DNA from: Azolla caroliniana
Lineage: Eukaryota > Plantae > Polypodiophyta
Direction of reading: 5' to 3'
Assembly: GCA_043228905.1 (NCBI GenBank)
Contig: JBHGNT010000009.1
Span: forward strand, 14,694,001 to 14,758,000
Length of the DNA stretch: 64,000 nt
Below, piece after piece: positions 11,928 to 22,969 of the stretch. The position numbers were made by a program, and so were the translations under genes. The notes below the pieces were generated by a model, which worked only from the letters and a program-made list of their open reading frames with translations, searched no databases and was not told where the DNA came from. Numbering within the stretch: the stretch's first letter is position 1; each line of letters opens with the position of its first letter.

Positions 11928-12741
11928 GGTGACCATTCGGAACGCAGCTATCGGACCAACCATTGACGAGTTCACGGAAGCCTTCGCCGGAAGGTCGATC
12001 TATTCAGTCGGTGATCTGTACTCAGGGTATGACCAATTCCAACTAGCCGTGGAGAGTAGAGACATCACAACAATGCAGACTCCTCTCGGCCTAGTGCGGA
12101 TGTGCACCCTGCTGCAAGGAGGAACCAACTCGGTGGCACACATGGTGAACACGATGAACAAGGTGCTAAGGGACTGCATCCCGGACATCACCATGCCGTT
12201 TCTAGATGACATCCCAATTAAAGGTTATCCGGTGGAAGATAAGGATGAATCGGTTGGGCCGGACGGATGCCGAAGGTTGGTTGCGAACCACATCAGCGAC
12301 TACGAGAAGGTGGTACAGAAACTTGAGAGTGCGCGGTGACCATTCGGAACGCATGTATCGGACCGACCATTGACGAGTTCGCGGAAGCCTTCCCCGGAAG
12401 GTCGATCTATTCGGTCGGTGATCTGTACTCAGGGTATGACCAATTCCAACTAGTCGTGGAGAGCAGAGACATCACGACAATGCAGACTCCTCTCGGCCTA
12501 GTGCAGATGTGCACCCTGACGCAAAGAGGAACCAACTCAGTGGCGCACATGGTGAACACGATGAACAAGGTGCTGAGGGACTGCATCCCGAACATCACCA
12601 TGCCGTTTCTGGATGACATCCCAATTAAAGGTTGTCTGGTGGAAGATAAGGATGAATCCGTTGGGCCGGACGGATGCCGGAGGTTGGTTGTGGACCACAT
12701 TGGCGACTGCGAGAAGGTGCTACATAAACTTGAGAGCGCGT
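11928..12741 (+). repeat. 407-bp tandem duplication inside the Gypsy C RT (11928-12334 and 12335-12741)
   Basis: Two near-identical copies starting GGTGACCATTCGGAACGC; the offset of 407 shifts the frame. Confidence 0.92.
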
Positions 12742-13737
12742 GGCTCACCTTCTCCGGAGAGAAATCATCTTTCGGGCAATCGGAGATCCTAGTGGTCGGA
12801 CACTTGTGCAGGCCTTACGGTCGGAAACTGTCTCCGGCAAAGGTAGAGGCCATCTCCATAATGAAGGAAGAATGCAAGTAGGTTATAGAGGTGCAGAGGT
12901 TCTTGGGCGCATGCACGTTCTACCACATCTGGATCCCGCACTACACACACATCGCGGAGCCACTTTACTGGTTGCTGAAGAAAGGGCGTAAGTTCGAGTG
13001 TGGCGGAGAGCATGTGGAATCGGTCCGGAGGTTGAAGGGGGCACTTACCGCGGCGCTGGCACTCTGGAAAGCGATTTACGGCAAGGAGGTCCCAATATAC
13101 ATGATCGTAGACATGAGCCTGACCAGTATCGGATGGGTGATCAACCAAGAGGACGAGAGCAGGGCGAGGTTCCGCATCCGGTTTGGAGCGAAGGTACTTA
13201 GCGAGCGATAGCGAGGATACGCACAGGTAAAATGCGAACTCTGGGGTATCGTTTTGGCAGTCAAGGCTAATAAAGACTACTTGATCGGGACTGAGGTGAT
13301 AATCGAAATGGACTACCTACCGATCCTCGGTATGGTTTCCGGATGCGCGACGCCGAACCTGGCGATGCTGAGGTGGATCGCGTACATTAAGTTCCTGAAT
13401 CCGGAGATACGACACATCTCCGGGGAAGACAATGTCATGGCCGACATGCTTTCGAGAGCACAGTTCGACGACGAGGACGGCATCATATCAGAGGACGAGG
13501 AAGTCGGCATAGACTTCTTCGAGTCGGCTTACATGACGACAAGGGCAAGGAGCAATCCGGCGCTTAACGAGTTCGACGAAGGCGAGTACAACGGGGAGTG
13601 GCTCCAGATCGGTAGGTTCTTGAAGACAATGACACCGGATGCAGCGTGGACGAGAGACAAAGCTAACCAGATCCAAAAGAAGTTGTACCGGTTCTTCCTG
13701 CGGGACGGGAACATATGGAAGCACTCGAAAAAACGAG

Positions 13738-14124
13738 TGTTGTCCGGTCAGAAGAGCAAGGACAAGTGGGAAGGAGGAAACGGATCGGATAATAGGAAGT
13801 AATAGTAGAATTATTATTCGGAGGGACGGATTCGGTACAGTTGTACCGATCCGGATCCGAACCGATTCGGATGTCGGTTGCCTAAGCGCACCGATTGTAA
13901 CCTTGCCGGATGCCTATAAAAGGATCCGATGATTTGTAAAGTGTGGGGGACGAAAGTAATACAATAGTAATTATTGTGTATTTATCTGTATCTCGTATTG
14001 TTTGCCGTCCGTGCTTAATTGTAATCATCTTATGCGTGTAACCTAGCATCCAATCCTTACCACCCCTTTGGAGAAGTGTCGGGTAGACACCTGTGTTGAG
14101 GCTAGTCCAGCCAGACAGACAACA
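13738..14124 (+). repeat. Element B 5' LTR
   Basis: TGTTG...CAACA, direct repeat of 19052-19438. Confidence 0.95.
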
Positions 14125-16247
14125 CTATTTTGGCGACCACTAAGGCGACCCCCCTTTGGAGACGGAGTCGAAGAATGATACGCGGCGAAGAATGATGCAA
14201 CCCTCATCAACGCGAAATCAAATCGACAATGTGTGAGAACTGGTGGAAATGTAAGAAAGAACGATGGCGCGATAACTATTCACTGCAGAATTATGCAAGA
14301 AAAGCGGCAAATGATGGCAATGATGTGCGGCAATGCAAGCCATAGCGACTAAGTGCAAGAAATGGCGGAAACATGCAAATGACGATGGCAATGTTCAGCA
14401 AAAGTATGTGCGAGTGAAGCGGGAAATGACATGTTCTCTACTGCACGATTTTGCTGCTATCAACGGTATTTTGAGTGTGTTTTGTTGGTTAGGTTGGGTC
14501 TATTTGGCTTGAATCTAATCGCAAAAGAAAAGATAAAGATAAGAGCATGATGGCACTGTCTGGAAGAAGTGGACGAAGACGAAGAGACATACAAACACAA
14601 CAGAAAAGACAAGCGCCATACAGGATAATGATGAACGAAAATCAAGACGGCCAGACAAACAAACCGATAAAGATGGCATTGGAGATGATTGGAGATGATC
14701 ATGGAGCCGGCAGATAGGCGGGACAATGGCTAGAGTGGCAACTAACGGATAACCGATGAAGCTAGATACCAGAACCACCGAAAGGAGAGGTTGAACACTG
14801 ACGATGACTGCTAGAGACTAGCCTGAGCAGTGGCCAAACAACAACGAGCAGCAACCGAACAAGGCCATGCGACGAAGACAAAGGACAGAGAAATACACGA
14901 AATAGCCAAATAGAGATTATCGAAGGGCTGGAAAGAAAGTGATGGTCGGGCCGAACAGAAAGCCAGACGAGCCGAATGGACAAGTACCAGACAACTGACG
15001 ACCGGATAGACGACGAGAGGATGACCGGAACGGACGGACACACCGGACAAGGCGACGGACGAGCGGCCAAAAAGCAGCAACACCGGACTATGGCCGTACA
15101 GAGATAGCAACGGAGCCGGAGACACAGAGGCGGACTCAAACGGATGGGAACCGACAGAGACGGTGATGGAGTCCGCAACAGAGGCAGCCGGACAACGGCC
15201 GAGACAATGATGGAAAAGGCCGGTGAGGCCGAAAGGGCGCGGCCACACCGATTGTCGGACAGTGGACGAGATGGCCGGGACGACTGACCGAACGCACGGT
15301 CGAAAGAGGAGGACGACAACCGAACACCGACAGAGACGGAGGAGAGGCCGGAGAGAGACCTAAGAGCGGTCATAGTGGCCGAACGGAGGCGGCTGGACAA
15401 GGACGACATCAGTGGTCAGAGATGGCCACGGCAGGAGATGGAGACGGACGAGCGACCAAAGAGTGGCCGAGGAACTACCGAAGCGGCCATAATAGCCGAA
15501 CAGTGGCCGGAGTGGCCAAATGGGCTGGACAGACGACCAACCATGACAACCAAAACAAAGACAACACAGAGAAGAAAGAGGTAGACATGCAGAAAATAAG
15601 AAGAAGAGAGAAGAGAAATGCAAGGAAGAAGAAGAACAGTGAAGGAAGAAGAGAAAGACACCAAAAACCACGGATAGACAAAGAAGCAACCGGGAGAGAC
15701 AGAGAAGTAGAAATGAAGAAAGAGAAGAGAAGGAGACACAAATGGACCAACAGACAGGAAGAAGAGAAAAAATGAAGAAAGAGAGGAAGACAAAACAGAA
15801 AGGAAAAAGGAGAAGACAAAGACAAGGGCAACAAATTTCAAAACCTTGAGGGTACCCATTGCAAATTCAAAAGTTCGAGGGTATATATTAGAGTTTTAAT
15901 AACCAAAGGGCAACGAGGCAATTTCGAAAACTCATCTACCTAAAAGAAATGGACGTGATCCACACACAACTCACAAGATACAAAGAAGAACACACATACA
16001 TACAACGTCTTTTTAACGACCCGAATGATGTTACCAAAGTTCGTAAGCTGACAGAACGAGAAGGTTCGTGTCGCGGAAGATTCGTTGACCGACAAAGATG
16101 TTCGAGTCAAGCACTCTGATCGAGGGAGTCGATCGTTGAAAGGACCGATGGAAGTTCCGGTCGAAGAAATATCATCATCAAGGCATGTGGGATCGACATG
16201 CAAGGCACTTTCCCACGGGCGTGCCATATTGTGTTACCCCGTACGAG

Positions 16248-19001
16248 ATGTACGGGATCAAAGCAGGAGGACTGCAAACAATCGAAAACCCTTCCAGTGA
16301 AATCCTGTTCGAATATTTCGGGGAATACTCTATCAGTAGCAAGGCGTACCGAACGCAGGGCGGAGAGAACCTGCTGTTCGGAGAAGTGGCCCGCGCTATG
16401 ATGGAATACGGATTCGTGAATCCCCGTCCCCCAGCCATAGCCAAGTATCGGGCAGCATTCTTGATAGCAGCGTACGAGGGCTTACAAATAGACTGGCTCC
16501 ATTTCATAACCGAAGGATTGAAGGAGGCCATCAAAAATCTGGTGGAAGGGAAAAAGCCATGGGCCGGGATAGCACAATGGCTAACGGTGTTAGTCCCACC
16601 GGTACTCCCCATCACACAAAAGAAAAGAGGTCGGCAGGAGACGACGCCGAAAAAGGTCACAAAGCGCCGTCAGATCTTGGAGAAACACACCCCCGGATGG
16701 ACCCCGCAAGAAGCAGAACAGCAGGGGGAAGGACCACCCCGACAGCAACAGGAACCGGCAACAAAGGCAAAACCGGCAGGTAAAGGCAAAGGGAAAGCGG
16801 CCGAGGAGGAACCGGTAGCGCGCAAACCAATCCATATAACGCTGCGACGGCTGGAACCGGAACCAGAGGTCTCTAGACAAAAGGTCCGTCTGGTAACCGC
16901 ACCGGAGGAGGAAACTGAAACAGAAGACTCATCCGAACCACTGGTAAGACTCCCAGCAAGACAAGGTCGGGAGAAACGGGCGAAAGGACCGGCTCCACCA
17001 GTGGACAGAACTCAGCAGAGGGCGCAAGGACCATCTCCAGTAGCCGAGGCGGAAACAGCATCGGAACCCATACCCAGGGAAGCAGCACCTACACCGGTTG
17101 GGCCGGACTTTAGAAAACCGGTCATCCCAGAGAAGAAGAAGGAACGAGCGCCGGAGCCGGAGCCAAAGAAGAGGCCGGAAAATCAGCCTGGCTTAAGTGA
17201 GCAAGGCCACCCCGAAATCGGAAGAACAAAGCCACAATGGCTGAGATGGCTTTCGGAGCAGTTATCGGGAGTAGCGGACCAGTTAGAGAAAGAAGAAACG
17301 TGTCGGCAACAGCTGACGCATACAACAACTCAGGAGTTGGTCGCGCTCCGAACACAGATCGAGGAAATGCAAGGGGAGCTGTTGCAGGCAAGGGAAGGAA
17401 TTCAACAAGCACAAGCTGTCACCGAGCCGGTCGGGACAACAAGGAAGCAACCTGAACCGGAACCGGAACCGGTAGCCTTGCAAACCGGCCCTGAGACCGA
17501 AAAAGTAATAGAAACCTTACGAGAGGAGTTACAAGCTCAGGAGGCATTAAGGGAAAGAGAAAGGGAGCAGCGGAAAGCGGTGGAGGATGACAGACGAAAA
17601 ATGGAAGAAGGCCTCCGGAAAGGTCGAGCCGCTAATGACCGACTACAAGAAGAAAAAGAGAAGCTGCAGAAGGAGAAGGACCAACTACGTCGACATGCCG
17701 AACAAGAGATAGAGCGACTGCAGGAAGAACTCTGACAACAGAAGGACCGGGACGATCGGTTAAGAGCTCAGGCAACCCGACGCCTGAAGCAGAAGACGGA
17801 GGACTTCGACCGTCTCTACCGAGATCACAAGCAGGCCGAGTCGGACAACAAAAAACGAGCAGCAGACTACGACCGGCAAATAGAGAAGCTGAAAGAGCAG
17901 CTCAAAGAGACCCGATTAGACCTGGCTAAGGCGATGGATGAGGTCAGTGCCAACAAGGAAGCATTGTCGGCGGAAATAGCCCAAGCAACGGAGAGAAGGA
18001 AGGAATTAGAGGCGCTAAGGCGGGAAAAGCTGGACCTGACCAAGATCAGGAATGAAGAAAAGGAAAAATCGACCTTCACGATCAGCAAACTGCAGAGTAC
18101 CTATGAAAAGCAGAAAGCAGATTACGAGGCCCAGGCTCAGATAATGGCCGACATTATAAAACGGGCAAGGAAGGAAAAGCAGGAAGCTTATGCGCATGCT
18201 AAGGCAGGAGTTGACCGGATCAAGCTCATCATGTCAAGATGGAGTACCCGAGCTCAGGCAAGTATCAACGAAAGTACGGAAAAGCTAGGGAAGGAGTGGT
18301 CACAACAAGCAGCCGAGCTGCAGACACTCCGAGCGGATGCCGAGAATCGGAAGAAGACCGGCGACAGGTTCTACAAGATGGATGAAGAAAGTATCGTCGC
18401 CATTCGGGAGGAATTGTCAGAGGATTTCTACACTTTAGCAGAAGAACACCTCAAAGAAATCCGAGGGTTGGTAGAGAGGTTGGATGACGGGCAGCTCGCA
18501 ACTCAGTTGGAGTTGGAGAGATACGAGCAGGACTGGTTACGACAGGAAGCTAAGGGAAGAACGACGCCAACCACTATTGGTGAGGGAACGCGACCGGCTG
18601 AAGATGAACCAACTGACACCGAACAACCCCGACGAGGAATACCTGAAGACGAACTTGAAGAAGAGCAGGAGCGGACCGATGCCGGAGAAGAAGAAGAGCT
18701 GAGACCGGAAGACACCAGGGCAAAGGAAGGAGGCATATCAAGTCGACCAGTCGAGACCCGAGAAAGCGACACCAGTAACAGAACAGAGCCAGGAACGGAG
18801 GGAGAACAGGAAGAACCCGGACGAAGCGGTGAGGAAGCACCGGCACCACGGAATCAAGCAGAGCCGGAGCAGAAAATTTTTACGGAACAGCCTACCCAAC
18901 AGGAGGTCGGAGACCAGGCAGGCAAGGAACAGGAACAGGAGGAAGAAGCACCACTTGACACTATCGAGCAAAGTGTGCTCAATATTTTGGAGGAAGACTG
19001 A
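16248..19001 (+). pseudogene. Element B extra ORF (5'-truncated, one in-frame TGA at 17733-17735), long coiled-coil protein
   Basis: ORFs 16185-17735 and 17934-19001 are in the same frame; homologous to A 7512-10342; ends QSVLNILEED*. Confidence 0.82.
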
Positions 19002-19051
19002 GGCCGGGAGTGGATTCGAAGTGCAAGGCACTTTCCCACGGGCGTGCCATG

Positions 19052-19438
19052 TGTTGGCCGGTCAGAAGAGCAAGGACAAGTGGGAAGGCGGAATCGGATC
19101 GGATAATAGGAAGTAATAGTAGAATTATTATTCGGAGGGACGGATTCGGTACAGTTGTACCGATCCGGATCCGAACCGATTCGGATGTCGGTTGCCTAAG
19201 CGCACCGATTGTAACCTTGCCGGATGCCTATAAAAGGATCCGATGATTTGTAAAGTGTGGGGGACGAAAGTAATACAATAGTAATTATTGTGTATTTATT
19301 TGTATCTCGTATTGTTTGCCGTCCGTGCTTAATTGTAATCATCTTATGCGTGTAACCTAGCATCCAATCCTTACCACCCCTTTGGAGAAGTGTCGGGTAG
19401 ACAACTGTGTTGAGGCTAGTCCAGCCAGACAGACAACA
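19052..19438 (+). repeat. Element B 3' LTR
   Basis: Direct repeat of 13738-14124 followed by TSD ACGAG. Confidence 0.95.
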
Positions 19439-20652
19439 ACGAGGTGGCGCTCCACTCGGCGTAGTGGCAAGAAAGGAAGAGCAGAACGCATTGCTGACGA
19501 AGTACCACGAGAGTCCTTGGGCCGGACATTGCAGGATGTGGGCCACATTCGAGAAGCTGAAGGAGAAGTGTTGGTGGTCAGGGCTATACCTGGACGTGCA
19601 TCAGTTCGTGACGTGTGAGAGTTGCCAGATGCACTCTGCAATCCGACATCGAGACAAGATACACCCGACCTACCCCCCGACCGTCCATTTCAAATGGATG
19701 GTAGACTTAGTGATGATGCTGATGGGGGTAGGGCAGATGCAATACCTGGTGCTTGCGCGAGAGGACTTGACGAACCAAGTGGAGGGCCACGCACTACAAA
19801 ATAAGACGATTGCGGTTGTGTGTCGATTTCTGATAGAGGAAGTGGTATGCCGGTACAGGTGTGTGGGAAAGATCGTGGCTAACCAAGGAGAGCTGAATGC
19901 ACAGGAAGCCGAAGAGTTGTTCACCCAGTTAGGGGTCAAGTTCTCCCTCACAACGACGTACAATCCGGAGGCTAACGGGAAGATAGAGTGCGGGAACGGG
20001 CTGATTGTGAAGGCGTTAGTACGGGAATTGGTTGCGGCTCCTACCTTACGCATTGTGGGCGGACCGAACTATGCATAGTTCGGTAACTGGGTTCATGCCG
20101 ATGGAGCGAACGATCTCCTCTTGGGCCGCAGTGGACTGGAAGGACGAGATGAGCACACGAATTAGCAACACGAATTCGATAGCTCGAGTGGAGACCGGAG
20201 GATGTGGATCAGGCAAGGACAAGGCTGCACGCGACAAGCGTGCAGAACAAAGGCCGGTTTGACTAAACTCACCGGCTATGACCAAAGAAGATCGAGGAAG
20301 ACGACTGGGTGTTGGTTTACGACACCACCCTCGACAACCAGCACAAGGTGATGTGTAAGTTCGCGAGGAGATGGTTCAGGCCCTACGCTGTAACAAGCAC
20401 AAATGACAATGGCACTTACCATCTCGCAGAACTCGACGGGACGCGGATAGCGGTGCCGGGAGCCGGGAAGAGGATCAAGGCCATCAAGAAGCGGCATGAA
20501 GATGAGCCGGACTCGGGGAGCACGGACAACGAGGATGACCGGTTCAAAGCAGACGATGATTCGGAGGGCGATGGGTGAACACGAGCCAGTTTTCTCTGGT
20601 ATTTGTGCCTTTCTGGTGCATGCCGATGGATGTGTGGTTGAATGGGGGTGGA

Positions 20653-21483
20653 TGCCGTGAAGAAAACCGGCCTTAAGAGGAGTTGGAGGATAAAGCAGGT
20701 GAACTGACCTTTACATGTGGACGCGTAAATTGACAAGTTTGTACATAACTAGGAATAGGTCGAACTGATGTAAATATACTAGGTAGAACGTATTTATTAG
20801 CTACAAAATCGATGCGTATCTCTGCCCAAAGGGACAGAGAATAAACACGATGTAAATAGGATGTGACAGCCCCTCCCCGGCGGCTATAAAGGGAAAGGGG
20901 AGAAGGCTGAAAGGGGATCGCGTTTTGGCGAGGACGAAGTGTTGTCGGACTGGGAACCGAGCATTCTTCTCCTCATTCCCGTTGATCTCTACAGATTTTG
21001 GGTCCGTCGCTTTTGCTCGCGAGAGAAGCCCGAGCGCTTCCAGCAGGGGCTCCACTGCGTGTTTCGAGTGTGTGTGTGTGGGTGTGTGTTTGGTCAGTCA
21101 CTATCGTGACAATTGTAATATTGGGAGCATTGTAATCAGTTATTAGGTTGAATTGATTCTTTGAGTTGTCGTCTCCCGGTGTATATGTGTGCTCTCGAAC
21201 TCGTTGTTGTCTCGTGACCGGTTGGGAGCGCGCCCCTGTCTATTCTTTGTTCGTTGTCGTGTTTCCGGTGAGCCGGTGAGAGCTAGTTGTGTTTTCGTTT
21301 GGGCCAGTGACCACTGCGTGCCGGTAACGGGACTTGCCAACCCTCGTTCAACTACTCGTCTATAGCCGGTAATCGCCGGCTCATCTCTTCCGCTCTCTTC
21401 CTCTCCCTGTTTTGTGCACTCCTCGGTCCAGAGCCCCTGTGGTCCCGCCTTAGTTTCCCACGCACAAGCGTAACGACACGACA
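20653..21483 (+). repeat. Gypsy C 3' LTR (about 831 bp)
   Basis: TGCCGTG...CACGACA terminal inverted repeat; follows the PPT; CTATAAAGGG near 20885. Confidence 0.8.
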
Positions 21484-21501
21484 TAAATTTGGTCCAAATT
21501 A

Positions 21502-22165
21502 TGTTGCGAAGTGTCGCGCGTGTGTGTTACTTGGGCGGGACTACGGGGATCTTGGACTAGGGAATAGAGGGGAAATGGGAGTTTATGCCTTACAGCCTTC
21601 GAGCTCAAAAGGGGAGGAGAAAGAATAAGAGGTTAGCATGGTAGAAAAAATAGAGACAAGATACATCAACAAACTATATTAAGAATCCACTATAGGATTA
21701 CAACCATGGCCGTGTAGGCCAAATCAAAACTCTAGAAGAAACCCTAACTAGATAGGTAAAGAAGAAGAAGAATGAAACCCTATGCGAAACCCTAAACCGA
21801 AACCCTGAAAATGGCGACTCCCCAAAGAAAACCCAAAAGTGGAAGCCCCTCAAAAATGACCCCTCACTCCCTTTTATAGTAGTAAGGGGTGAGGCACATT
21901 ACAGAAAGAGGAGTCAAATCCCCCCTCCTTTAATGGGGAATATCTCCCATGATCTTAAATCGGTGGGCCTTTAACTCTCTCCCCTCACGCTTTCAATGTC
22001 ACTGCCCATCACATTTGTACTCCCCATGTACTCCCCTTTCCTACGTGCCCATGTGCACATAAGTGCACACCATATTAACACTTAACGAACTTTCGTAGAA
22101 CACCTTACACTTTACATTTGCTTATTTACTCCTAGGTTACTACATGGCCGAAAATCCTCACGACA
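21502..22165 (-). repeat. LTR (element E), solo or truncated, related to the TGTCGTG-start family
   Basis: Minus strand TGTCGTG...CGCAACA with CTATAAAAGGG; interrupts a gag fragment at 22166; no matching TSD. Confidence 0.65.
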
Positions 22166-22969
22166 GCGTGGGATGCATTTGAATCACCAATCGTACTTGA
22201 TTCAAGAAACCTCGGAAATGCGACCTTGAACCATCAAATTTAGCTGGGAAGCTGATTTTGGGCTCCTTGATAAGTCCTTGACCTTCAACCCTTTGTTGTT
22301 GTAACACTACGATTGTCAACTCTAACTGTTGTGAACCCGTAGCGTGAACTCCTCTCATTGTTGTTGCTTCTTTATAATAACCTTTTGTAGATCCCCAAGT
22401 AGTTATTGATTCTCTACTTCAAGAGATGCGAACTTGTATTTAAAATTCTCCATTTCTGCAACAAGGGTGAGATATTCTTCTGAGTTAATGGCGCCATGGT
22501 TTCGTCATGGTTACAGAGGAGGATGAGAGAGAGAGAGAGACAATTCGAATCAAACTGTCAGAACCAAGAATAAAAAATTGAGTGATGGAAGAAGGATATA
22601 ATAGAACACGAGAAGAAAGGAACGAAATGCTAAGAGAAGAATGGGTGTATTAAGATAGAGAAAGAAAGAAAGGAACGATATGTAATGAGAGCTAAAGACT
22701 AGTGTTGATTCGAATTGATTTGAGAATACATGTATGCCCTTATTTATAGGTTCTTATAGAATAGCTTAGAGATTTCTATAATGTTCTAGAATGTTCTAGG
22801 ACATTCTAGAATGATCTAGAGTTTTTACAACAATCAATGTAATACAAAAAGTAGCTTTTATCCTCTCATATGACAATAAGCTATCTTAGTGGTTGAGGTT
22901 TTCAATTATGGATTACAAGGTTCGAGATTCAAGTCCAGGTGACGCCATAATGGTCATGTGTTCATGACA
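22166..22969 (-). mobile_element. Tcn1/Tf1-like self-priming chromovirus remnant: 5' LTR (22556-22969), self-complementary PBS, gag N-terminus
   Basis: LTR TGTCATGA...TGACA; PBS 22541-22553 is the exact 13-nt complement of 22705-22717 just downstream of the TATA; gag KEPKISFPAKFDGSRSHFRGFLNQ. Confidence 0.8.

Larger units (their letters stand above)
13738..19438 (+). mobile_element. Element B: structurally complete non-autonomous LTR element of the A/D family, no gag-pol, retains most of the extra ORF
   Basis: Two 387-bp LTRs (13738-14124, 19052-19438) with about 5 differences by eye; 5-bp TSD ACGAG (13733-13737 and 19439-19443); PBS-like TGGCGACCAC at 14131-14140. Confidence 0.95.
10870..21483 (+). 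mobile_element. Gypsy C (different lineage): degenerate pol plus 3' LTR; interrupted by B at 13738-19438
   Basis: Protease IDHGSEINLMS at about 10871; RT KKNGTLRFIQDLQP, DLYSGYDQ, FLDDIPIKG; RNase H; integrase 19444-20578 (WAGH...CESCQ, YNPEANG, RWFRPY); PPT GGGGGTGGA at 20644-20652. Confidence 0.88.

Noticed and set aside
14125-15900. Many overlapping 100-215 aa ORFs
   Set aside because: They arise from purine-rich low-complexity sequence (GAC/GGA/AAG repeats) that lacks stops; no domain is recognisable.
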